Shown here in pieces: positions 16,484 to 24,335 of a stretch of 64,000 bases of DNA. The first letter of the stretch is position 1. Every line of letters begins with the position of its first letter. Where the stretch lies: assembly GCA_050014835.1 (NCBI GenBank), contig JBEKCO010000003.1, forward strand, positions 733-64,732, given 5' to 3'. Both the position numbers and the translations under genes were made by a program. The stretch is from Acidimicrobiales bacterium (GTDB taxonomy: Bacteria; Actinomycetota; Acidimicrobiia; Acidimicrobiales; Bog-793). The notes under the pieces were generated by a model that worked only from the letters and a program-made list of their open reading frames with translations, searched no databases and was not told where the DNA came from.

Positions 16484-17557
16484 GTGCGAATACGCGGTGG
16501 AGGTCAGCCCCTCTTCAATCGGAGCTCGCGTCACTTGGGGACTCGCGATCGCGTCGGTCGTTTTCCCCGAGACGAGGCTTGGGGTCTGATCTCATCAGTT
16601 GCCCAACGCCTCTGGCCTGCTCTGCTGGGGGTGACGTTCCTACCCACTATTTTCTTTCTGCCCGCTTTCTTCCTGCTACACGGGGCAGCGCGCTGGGTCA
16701 CAGTTGGTGCGGTAGCTATCTCTGGACCATGGATCGTCGCGCTCATCACGATTGTCATGAGCGGTGCATCCGATCTCTTCATGGGCCTTGAATCGGAAGG
16801 TGACACTGCGGATGTTCTACGAAGTCTGCGGCACGACGGCTGGAAGTTGGCGAACGGCATCAAGATTCGGGGAAACCAAGACATCGACCATCTGGTTGTT
16901 GGTCCGGCCGGGCTCTTAGTGGTCGAGACGAAATGGAGTCGACATCGTTGGCCTCTCGGAAAAGACAGCGAACCGTTCATGCGGGATCGCTTGTCCGATG
17001 CCGTGGACCAGCTGCTTCGCAATCGTGAGGATGTCATTACTCAATTCGGCAAAGTCATCAACGGTGCGCCAGTTCGGCCAGTCTGCGTTGTTTGGTCGCC
17101 GGAAGATTCAGCTGGCGATGATCCCTGGGTCGATTTCGACGGCGCCCTCGTCGTTCGCGGACCCGCCCTCAGGTCGTGGCTGCGGACCTTGACTGACGTA
17201 GCACTCGACGAGCGCGGTATTGATCGAGTTTGGCAAGAGGTAACGCTCCACTACGCGCTACGCGACAAAAATGATCGCTCGCGCTCATATCGACCTCGCC
17301 GAACGATTATCAGGGTCGCCGTGGATTGGTTCCTGGCACCATTCCTCGGCTTCGTGTTGGCTTTTTATGGATTGGTGGCCGTTGTCCGCCTTCATCAGTC
17401 ATGGCTTGATATCGCCGGCCCCCTGGTCTTCACGGCAGTTGGTGTTGCGGTACGACGCGTCGCTTTTCTCCGTCGGGTCGCTGTCGGCTGGATCGTAGGC
17501 TCCGTCGGGTCCGTTTTGATTCTCCTGGCCTTTGTCATCCGCGACGTCGTCAGGTAA
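16484..17557 (+). CDS. NERD-domain protein flanked by transmembrane segments
   Basis: GLESEGDTADVLRSLRHDGWKLANGIKIRGNQDIDHLVVGPAGLLVVETKWSRHRW matches the NERD pattern (EGE...W...DIDHLVVGP.G..VVETK). Hydrophobic helices lie before it (LLGVTFLPTIFFLPAFFLL, VTVGAVAISGPWIVALITIVM) and after it (FLAPFLGFVLAFYGLVAVV, GPLVFTAVGVAV, VGSVGSVLILLAFVI). The start is uncertain: GTG at 16484 was chosen, and the track gives TTG at 16295. Confidence 0.65.
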   Translation: MRIRGGGQPLFNRSSRHLGTRDRVGRFPRDEAWGLISSVAQRLWPALLGVTFLPTIFFLPAFFLLHGAARWVTVGAVAISGPWIVALITIVMSGASDLFMGLESEGDTADVLRSLRHDGWKLANGIKIRGNQDIDHLVVGPAGLLVVETKWSRHRWPLGKDSEPFMRDRLSDAVDQLLRNREDVITQFGKVINGAPVRPVCVVWSPEDSAGDDPWVDFDGALVVRGPALRSWLRTLTDVALDERGIDRVWQEVTLHYALRDKNDRSRSYRPRRTIIRVAVDWFLAPFLGFVLAFYGLVAVVRLHQSWLDIAGPLVFTAVGVAVRRVAFLRRVAVGWIVGSVGSVLILLAFVIRDVVR

Positions 17558-17678
17558 CTGGCCAGTGATCCCTCAGCCCACGGACTCAAGCAGCGTCCCA
17601 AGTTGTTCCTCGAAGCCCCGTCGCAGGGGTGCCTCACATCGCCGGCTCGGCGGCCGCCGCGGGGGACGATGAAGTCGG

Positions 17679-18026
17679 TTACTTGGTCGTTCTTCGGCGA
17701 CCGGAAAACCAGACTCGCTGCTGATTTCGATCAACTCGGATGACCTGCCTACCGTTGTCGAGCCAGGCGCGTGCATGCACATGTGTTGTTGCTTTACTTC
17801 GATCGAGCCACCACGCGTCGTAAGTGAACGCCGACATCGGCAATGAGATTCCGAGACGTTCGATCTCGCTGAACGACATTTGGAGAGGGCCGTCGTCGGT
17901 GGAGCTGAGAAATTCATAGAGCGGGTCATACTTGGCCACGCCCGAATCTTGACATGTGCGCCAGTCAACTGGGTCGGCTGTACCCCATAACGATGGGCGG
18001 GCACCTTCTGGTGCCCGGAGCGTCAA
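17679..18026 (-). CDS. Small hypothetical protein (conserved KYDPL...SFSEIE...LP.SA...WW motif family)
   Basis: 115-aa ORF. VAKYDPLYEFLSSTDDGPLQMSFSEIERLGISLPMSAFTYDAWW resembles a widespread uncharacterised domain often found on mobile or defence loci. An alternative GTG start lies at 17939. The gene ends 34 nt inside the right TIR. Confidence 0.45.
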   Translation of the reverse strand: MTLRAPEGARPSLWGTADPVDWRTCQDSGVAKYDPLYEFLSSTDDGPLQMSFSEIERLGISLPMSAFTYDAWWLDRSKATTHVHARAWLDNGRQVIRVDRNQQRVWFSGRRRTTK

Positions 18027-18059
18027 GTGCTTGCTGTTGCGAGCGGCGCACCCCGCTCA

Positions 18060-18091
18060 CGGACGTTTCCGCGCGCCCTATCACCTATCCC
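18060..18091 (-). repeat. Casposon right terminal inverted repeat
   Basis: The reverse complement, GGGATAGGTGATAGGGCGCGCGGAAACGTCCG, matches 944..975 at 28/32 positions. Confidence 0.85.
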
Positions 18092-18105
18092 TGTATGGAG
18101 GTGCG
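18092..18105. repeat. Target-site duplication, right copy (TGTATGGAGGTGCG)
   Basis: Identical to 930..943. On the minus strand it encodes part of PHLHT of the relaxase. Confidence 0.85.
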
Positions 18106-18574
18106 GATCCTCAGCGCGGCTCGTCCGGTGGAGGAACGACGCAGCAGCGAAACCGGGCGAGGCGACGGGCGCGCCGGAGCGGCGCACAGTCGCGGCGTGC
18201 CTCTCCAGGTACCCGAGGGCCCCGGCGACCGCACGCTCATGCGAGGCGCGCACCTGCTCCACGGTTTCCGGCCCGCCGAGGGCGTGGAGGACGCTTACGG
18301 ACTTCGGTGCGGCAAAGGTGCAGTCGAAGGCCGCGACGGTGACCCGGCCATGGCGGGGATCGAGCGCCTCGCCGCTCGTCGGATCCACGCCGGCGAGCAG
18401 CATCGTCAGATTCGCGGCGTCGACGGTCCGGTCCGCGAGGCCGAGGCCCTCGGCGAGGATCCCCCACCAGACACCGTCGGGTTCGACGAGTCCCGGCCGA
18501 TCGGGTGCCGCCGCCCGCGTCGACTCGAGGTAGTACGTCTCGCGTCCTCGCCGCACCTTCGCCACGCTCAGCAC
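18092..18574 (-). pseudogene. TrwC/MobF-family relaxase, N-terminal fragment truncated by the casposon
   Basis: MLSVAKVRRGRETYYLES...GVWWG...AAFDCTFAAPKSVSVL...ASHERAVAGALGYLERHAATVRR...ASFLHRTSRAEDPHLHT is the canonical TrwC relaxase N-terminus. After HLHT (ending at 18092) the frame runs into TIR sequence (GIGDRARG...) and stops at 18023. Confidence 0.85.
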
Positions 18575-18663
18575 GCCGAGCGACCGTACGAGGGGGCGGT
18601 CGTCCGCGACCTACCGCCGCAGAAGCGGGGTCCACCCCCGAGGCGCCCCGACGGAAGGCGTCG

Positions 18664-19623
18664 CTACGACGCGCCCCGGTAGCGGACGAGCGCGCGGCGG
18701 GCGACGTCGGCGGCGGCGCCGACGAGCTCGGGCGGGTCGACCACCTCGGCAGACGCGCCGAGCCGGAGAACGAGGCGGCCGACGAAGTACCCGTCGGCGA
18801 CCATGATCGGAGCCACGACCCGGCCGTCGGGCAACGGCGTCGGCGGCGCCGCCACGAGCCGGTCAATGAGCACGTACGCGGACCGGTCGAAGGCGACGTG
18901 GGCGATGCGGGCATCCCCACCCCCCACGAACGCCCGGGTCCCGGTGAGCTCGGGCGGAAGCGATCTCGGCGTGACGGGTTCGCCGAGGCGACGGACGGCG
19001 GTGATCCGCGCCACCTGGAACCGTCGCCAGTCCCCGGCCAGGCCGCAGAAAGCGTCGAGGTAGAACCTGCCCTCGCGGGCGACGACGGCGTAGGGCTCGA
19101 CCCGTCTCGCCGTCTCGTCGCCGCGCTTCGCCCCCAGGTAGTCGATCTCCACCGCTTCACCCGCCGCGGCGGCGGCGCGAACCGCTTCGAGGTTCTCGGG
19201 AGTGTCGAGCTCGACGGCCACGCGTTCGAGCCCGAGCGCGTTCCCGAGCTTGGCGAGGGCGGTGGCGAGCGGACCCTCCGCCTCGGCGCCCTCGACGTCA
19301 AGCATCGCCCGGGCGGCGGCGGCGAGCGCGAAGCCCTCGTCCGGCGTGAGACGTGCCGGACGCCGGAGGGCATCGAGCCCGAACGCGACGACACGCTCGT
19401 CGTCGACGATGAGCTCGAGCAGCGTGTCCGGCGTGTACGGGGGCAGCCCGCAGCAGGCGGCGAGCTCGAGCTCGCCGACGAGCGCCCGCTCGTCGAATCC
19501 GAAACGCGCCGCAAGCTCGGCGATCGAGCTCTCGCCGACGCGGGCGAGATAGCTGAGGACGGCGAGCAGCCGGCGCAACCGTGTCCCCGCGTCGAGCGGT
19601 TCGGGAGGGCGATCGACCGTCAC
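18664..19623 (-). CDS. HTH-WYL transcriptional regulator, PafC-like
   Basis: N-terminal wHTH (LLAVLSYLARVGESSIAELAARFG) and a WYL-type core (YAVVAREGRFYLDAFC). The GTG start overlaps the upstream stop (GTGA). Confidence 0.7.
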   Translation of the reverse strand: MTVDRPPEPLDAGTRLRRLLAVLSYLARVGESSIAELAARFGFDERALVGELELAACCGLPPYTPDTLLELIVDDERVVAFGLDALRRPARLTPDEGFALAAAARAMLDVEGAEAEGPLATALAKLGNALGLERVAVELDTPENLEAVRAAAAAGEAVEIDYLGAKRGDETARRVEPYAVVAREGRFYLDAFCGLAGDWRRFQVARITAVRRLGEPVTPRSLPPELTGTRAFVGGGDARIAHVAFDRSAYVLIDRLVAAPPTPLPDGRVVAPIMVADGYFVGRLVLRLGASAEVVDPPELVGAAADVARRALVRYRGAS

Positions 19624-20582
19624 GTCGTCTTCCCGGCTCGCGCCGCGGCCTCGAGGCGGCGAACAACGTTGCGGCGCATATCGGGAGGACCGATCACCTC
19701 GATCGCGTCACCAAAACCGAGCACCCACAACAAGAACGCCTCCTCGTCGCCGACGGGGAACACGAGGCGCACCGATCCGTCGTCGGCGCGGTCGCGCACC
19801 GCCGCCGTGCCGACGAGAGCGACGACCCCCGCGGCCTCGCGGGCGTCGACGGCGACCTCGACCTCGGTCCACTCCGGCTCAACCGGTCCATCCCGGCTCG
19901 GCTGGAACGGCACGAAGCGCAGCTCGTTCGCGGCGTCGAAGCCCTCGGGGCGCTCGTAGCCCCCGGGGGTTCCCGCGACCGGATCGCTTTCGAACCGGTC
20001 GACCCGGAAGCGGCGCAATCCCCCGGGGTCCGCCGCTTCGGCGTCCCGCCCGACGAGGTACCAGCTGCCGCCGCGGAAGACGAGCCCGTAGCCGTGAACC
20101 CGGCGGTCGCGTCCGTGGTAGGCGAAGGCCACCGGCGCCCGGTCCCGGATCGCCTGCTGGAGCAGCCCGAGCGCCGGGAGCGACGGGAGGACCGCGACGG
20201 GGGCGACATCTGCCGCCCCCTGGGAGCCGAGCTTGTGGAGGACCTCGTGGCCGGCCCCGCCCTCGAGGTGCACCGAGAGCAGCGCGAACGACAGCGCCGC
20301 TTCCTCCTCCGGCGTGAGACCGAGATCGGGCAGGTAGTACTGCTCGGGTAGGATGCGGTAACCGACCTGGTCGTCGCCGTCGACGCGCTCGACGGAGATC
20401 GGTATCCCGTTGTCGCGCAGGGTGCGTTTGTCGCGTTCGAATGCCTGGCGGAGCGCTCCCGGCGCGGCGGGGTAGCCGGCGACGGCGAGGCCGATCTCCC
20501 GCAACGACAAGGGACGGGGGGCGTCCAGCAGGGCCAAGACGAGGTTCGTGATCCGCTCGAGCCGGTTCAGCCTCGTCGACAT
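19620..20582 (-). CDS. HTH-WYL transcriptional regulator, PafB-like
   Basis: LERITNLVLALLDAPRPLSLREIG forms a wHTH and GLVFRGGSWYLVGRD contains a literal WYL motif. It is paired with the downstream paralogue. Confidence 0.7.
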   Translation of the reverse strand: MSTRLNRLERITNLVLALLDAPRPLSLREIGLAVAGYPAAPGALRQAFERDKRTLRDNGIPISVERVDGDDQVGYRILPEQYYLPDLGLTPEEEAALSFALLSVHLEGGAGHEVLHKLGSQGAADVAPVAVLPSLPALGLLQQAIRDRAPVAFAYHGRDRRVHGYGLVFRGGSWYLVGRDAEAADPGGLRRFRVDRFESDPVAGTPGGYERPEGFDAANELRFVPFQPSRDGPVEPEWTEVEVAVDAREAAGVVALVGTAAVRDRADDGSVRLVFPVGDEEAFLLWVLGFGDAIEVIGPPDMRRNVVRRLEAAARAGKTT

Positions 20583-20683
20583 GAACGCAATCTAAGCCCG
20601 GGGCCGGGTGCCGAGATACCGCTCAGCGGGATCGGGACCGGTGCACCGGGGGATGAACCGACGGGGCGTGACGGAACCGAACG

Positions 20684-22546
20684 ATGACGATGCGGACGAA
20701 GGACGAACTGCGCAACGTGGCGATCGTGGCCCACGTCGACCACGGCAAGACGACGCTCGTCGACGCGATGCTCCACCAGACCGGCACGATCGCGTCCCAC
20801 ACCGCCGTCGTCGACCGGGTCCTCGACTCCCTCGATCTCGAGCGCGAGAAGGGGATCACGATCCTCGCCAAGCAGGCCTCCTTCCAGTTCGGGTCGCGCC
20901 GGCTGAACGTCGTCGACACCCCGGGACACGCCGATTTCGGCGGCGAGGTTGAGCGCGCGCTCGCGATGGTCGATGGCGCGATGCTCCTCGTCGACGCGTC
21001 CGACGGCCCCGGGCCCCAGACGCGGTTCGTGCTGCGCAAGGCCTTCGAGGCGGGCCTGCCGGTGGTGCCCATCGTGAACAAGGTCGACCGGCCGGACGCT
21101 CGGATCGCCGAGGTCGTCGACGAGACGATCGAGCTGTTCATCGAGCTCGAGGCGCCCGACGCGCAGTACGACATCCCGTTCCTCTACGGCAGCGCACGCG
21201 ACGGCTGGCTGACCCTCACCCAGCCCGCTGGCCCGGTCGCGACCCCGCCCGCGGGAGGGGATCTCGCCGTCCTCGTCGAGACGCTCTTCGCCCATCTCCC
21301 GCCACCGTCGTTCACGGACGGCGCCCCCCTCCAGGCGCTCGTCACGAACCTCGACGCCTCCCCGTACCTCGGCCGACTGGCAATTTGCCGCGTCGTCGAG
21401 GGCACGATCCACGACGGCGAGACCGTCGCGTGGTGCCGGCGGGACGGGATGGTCGAGCCGGTCCGCGTCACCGAGCTCCTCGTCCCGTCCGGCCTCGACC
21501 GGGTCCCGACCGAGTCGGCGGGACCAGGCGAGCTCATCGCGGTCGCGGGCATCGCCGAGATCACGGTCGGTGAAACGCTGGCAGCCGCCGACAACCCGCT
21601 CCCGCTCCCGCTCCTCGTCGTCGACGAACCGAGCCTGTCGATGACGGTCGGGGTGAACTCCTCGCCGCTCGCCGGACGGGACGGAACGAAGCTGACGGCG
21701 CGCCTGTTGCGCTCCCGACTCGAAGCCGAGGTGCTCGGCAACGTCGCCATCCGACTCGTCCCGACGGAGCGCTCGGACACCTTCGAGGTGCAGGGCCGTG
21801 GCGAGCTCGCCCTCGCCGTCCTCGTCGAGACGATGCGCCGGGAGGGATTCGAGCTCACCGTCGGCAAGCCCGAGGTGCTCACCCGAGTCGTCGGCGGCGT
21901 GCTCTGCGAACCGGTCGAGCGGTGCTCGATCGAAGTGCCCGAGGAGCACCTCGGCACCGTCACGCAGCTCATCGCACGGCGACGGGCGCGCGTCGAACAC
22001 ATCGTCCACCACGGCACGGGCTGGGTCCGACTCGAGGGGCTCGCCCCGTCCCGCGGGCTCATCGGGATCCGCGGCGAGATGCTGACGCAGACGCGGGGTA
22101 CCGCCCAGCTCCACCACTCCTTCGACCGCTACGAGCCGTGGCTGGGGGAGATCCGCCTACGCGTGAGCGGCAGCCTCGTCGCCGATCGCCGCGGCACCGC
22201 CACGGCCTTCGCAATCACGAACCTGTCCGAACGCGGCTCGATGTTCGTCGGCCCGGGCGAAGAGGTCTACGAGGGCATGATCGTCGGTGAGAGCTCCCGC
22301 GGGGACGACATGGACGTGAACGTGACCAAGGAGAAGAAGCTGACGAACATGCGGTCTTCGACGTCGGACGAGTTCGTCAAGCTCCCGCCGATCCGCCGGC
22401 TAACGCTCGAGCAGGCCCTCGAGCACGCCGCCGAGAGCGAATGCGTCGAGGTGACGCCCACGGCCGTCCGGCTCCGCAAGGCGGTGCTCTCCCAGCACGA
22501 CCGGGCGCGCGGCCGCGGACGGGTTCGCCGGACCGCGAACGTCTGA
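20684..22546 (+). CDS. typA: Translational GTPase TypA/BipA
   Basis: LRNVAIVAHVDHGKTTLVDAMLHQTG, DTPGHADFGGEVER and NKVDRPDAR are the G1/G3/G4 motifs. The 620-aa length matches BipA architecture. Confidence 0.9.
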   Translation: MTMRTKDELRNVAIVAHVDHGKTTLVDAMLHQTGTIASHTAVVDRVLDSLDLEREKGITILAKQASFQFGSRRLNVVDTPGHADFGGEVERALAMVDGAMLLVDASDGPGPQTRFVLRKAFEAGLPVVPIVNKVDRPDARIAEVVDETIELFIELEAPDAQYDIPFLYGSARDGWLTLTQPAGPVATPPAGGDLAVLVETLFAHLPPPSFTDGAPLQALVTNLDASPYLGRLAICRVVEGTIHDGETVAWCRRDGMVEPVRVTELLVPSGLDRVPTESAGPGELIAVAGIAEITVGETLAAADNPLPLPLLVVDEPSLSMTVGVNSSPLAGRDGTKLTARLLRSRLEAEVLGNVAIRLVPTERSDTFEVQGRGELALAVLVETMRREGFELTVGKPEVLTRVVGGVLCEPVERCSIEVPEEHLGTVTQLIARRRARVEHIVHHGTGWVRLEGLAPSRGLIGIRGEMLTQTRGTAQLHHSFDRYEPWLGEIRLRVSGSLVADRRGTATAFAITNLSERGSMFVGPGEEVYEGMIVGESSRGDDMDVNVTKEKKLTNMRSSTSDEFVKLPPIRRLTLEQALEHAAESECVEVTPTAVRLRKAVLSQHDRARGRGRVRRTANV

Positions 22547-22576
22547 GCGGGACCGCCGAACGGGGGCCGGCGCGCT

Positions 22577-23068
22577 TCACGCGAGGGGCGGCAGGAATCG
22601 GGTAAAGCGTAGAGGCGGCTTGCTCAGGACGAAGGTGACGAGCACGCGGACGTCGCGGACGCGCACGACGACGATCGCGAGCGGATCGTCGTGCCGGTCC
22701 GGCGGCCAGCCGAGCGCCACGCCGCTCGTCGAGAAGCTCCCCCAGTACGCGACGGCACAAACCGCTGAGCGTTGTCGTTGGAGCGCGGCAGGGATGGTGA
22801 ACCTGAGACGCGGGCTCGTCTTCATGTCTCGGAGCGCCGCCGTGAGATCGCGCGAGCTCAGGTAGCGCACGCCGGCGAAGTGCCCGGTGTCGTTGACCGC
22901 GGCGCGGGCGACGGCGAGAACGCGGAAGCACGGGCTCTCGTTGGGCCCGAGGGCGTTGCGAGGTGACGTGCACGCCGCAATCCCGAGCGACGCGACGACG
23001 GCGAGTGACGCCGCGGTGAGCCGCGCGCCTTTGCCGATTCGTGACGACCAGAGGATGCGCCTGCTCAT
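22577..23068 (-). CDS. Putative lipoprotein, function unknown
   Basis: Signal peptide with lipobox-like LGIAAC. It overlaps the upstream gene stop by 4 nt. Confidence 0.45.
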   Translation of the reverse strand: MSRRILWSSRIGKGARLTAASLAVVASLGIAACTSPRNALGPNESPCFRVLAVARAAVNDTGHFAGVRYLSSRDLTAALRDMKTSPRLRFTIPAALQRQRSAVCAVAYWGSFSTSGVALGWPPDRHDDPLAIVVVRVRDVRVLVTFVLSKPPLRFTRFLPPLA

Positions 23069-24258
23069 ACACCCAGCTCCCCGGACACGCCCTTCACCTC
23101 ACCAACGGTCGCGCGACCCCATTGCCCTGACAACCCACTTTCCACGCCGACCGGCTGGGAATCGGCCGCGGGGGCGGTCCACCGCCCGCTCCGACGCGCC
23201 ACTCCGAGCCCGGCCCAGGTCAACCACCCGACCGGAAGGAAGCCCCAGAAGCTGACGATCCGGTAGGTGAGGACCGCGGCGACCGTCGACAACTCCGCCC
23301 CGCCGAACGCGACCAGCGCGATCGTGATGCTGCCCTCGACGACCCCGAGCCCGCCGGGCGTGATCGGGAGATTCGCGGCGAGCTGGCCGGCGCCGTAGGC
23401 GAGAAGCAGGCCACGCCACGGGACGGCGCCGCCGACGGCGAGGAACGCACACGCAAGACAGGCGCAGTCGAACACCCAGTTGCCGAGGGCGCCCGCGAGG
23501 GTGACCACGAGGTCCCGCCAGGTGAGCCGCAACCCCTCGAGCCGGGCAGCCCAAGCTGAGACGACGGCACCGCCGGTACGCCTCGGCCGGCCGACGAGGC
23601 GACGCGTCAACCCGAACGCGTGGACAGCCACCCGCGCCAGCCAGCGGCGTTGGAACACGATGGCGTCGGCGACGACCGAGACGGCGAACACACCGAGGAT
23701 GACCCAGACGAGGTCGTACGACGCGCCCTCGCTCGCCGCGAGGGCGATACCGGCGGTGGCGACGAGACCGAGTGCTGCCGCGGCGCACACCAGCGTCGCA
23801 ACGAGGACCCACGCGGCGAGGGTTTCGTCCGCGCCCCACCGCCGGTAGAAGCGATAGACGTAGATGCTCGAGAACGCCGGTCCCCCGGGAAGCGAGTCCG
23901 CGATCGCCGCGGAGGCCGCACTCAACGCGGCCATGGAACCGAGCCCCATTCGCACCCCGCCGACCTGGAGAAGACGCCTCTGCAACACGCCGAACGACAC
24001 GAGTGACGCGATCTCGAAGGCGATCGCGAGACAGAGCCAGCCGACATCGAGGTGGGTGAGCTCGGCGGAGGCGCCGACGAGCTCGCCGCGCTGGCCGTTC
24101 AGGGCCCAGAACGCGAGGGCCGCGAGCCCGAGCCCGACGACGAAGCGCAACACCTGCCACGAGCGCGTGCGCGTGATCCGACGCAGCCGGGCCCTCCACG
24201 ACACGCCGAAGCGTACCGTGGCCGCTCCTCTGGGCCACCGCTCCGTCCCCGCCGTCAC
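23065..24258 (-). CDS. Integral membrane protein, flippase-like / lysyl-PG-synthase TM-region (UPF0104) family
   Basis: Multiple hydrophobic helices. The N-terminal pattern RFVVGLGLAALAFWAL...GE is typical of this family. The exact start is uncertain. Confidence 0.5.
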   Translation of the reverse strand: MTAGTERWPRGAATVRFGVSWRARLRRITRTRSWQVLRFVVGLGLAALAFWALNGQRGELVGASAELTHLDVGWLCLAIAFEIASLVSFGVLQRRLLQVGGVRMGLGSMAALSAASAAIADSLPGGPAFSSIYVYRFYRRWGADETLAAWVLVATLVCAAAALGLVATAGIALAASEGASYDLVWVILGVFAVSVVADAIVFQRRWLARVAVHAFGLTRRLVGRPRRTGGAVVSAWAARLEGLRLTWRDLVVTLAGALGNWVFDCACLACAFLAVGGAVPWRGLLLAYGAGQLAANLPITPGGLGVVEGSITIALVAFGGAELSTVAAVLTYRIVSFWGFLPVGWLTWAGLGVARRSGRWTAPAADSQPVGVESGLSGQWGRATVGEVKGVSGELGV

Positions 24259-24335
24259 GAGAGCCTCCCCTGCCGGTCACCAGCCCGCGCGGACCTCGCG
24301 GAAGACTCGACTGACGGCTCTGCCGACATCTTCGT

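Larger units (their letters stand above)
944..18091 (+). mobile_element. Casposon (Cas1-casposase + family B DNA polymerase self-synthesizing transposon), 17,148 bp, with defence-gene cargo
   Basis: 32-bp TIRs sit at both ends and are flanked by a 14-bp direct duplication. The element encodes Cas1 (8467..10026), PolB (3335..6295) and HNH (6292..6729). It interrupts a relaxase ORF that is restored in frame on in-silico excision. Its GC is lower than the flanks. Confidence 0.88.

Noticed and set aside
18237-19959. 425-aa (-) and 484-aa (+) ORFs overlapping the pafC-like and pafB-like genes.
   Set aside because: They are extremely Arg/Ser/Pro/Gly-rich with no domain signatures. The WYL-regulator frames explain the region.
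20567-22117. 516-aa minus-strand ORF opposite typA.
   Set aside because: It is the antisense shadow of an unmistakable TypA/BipA gene.
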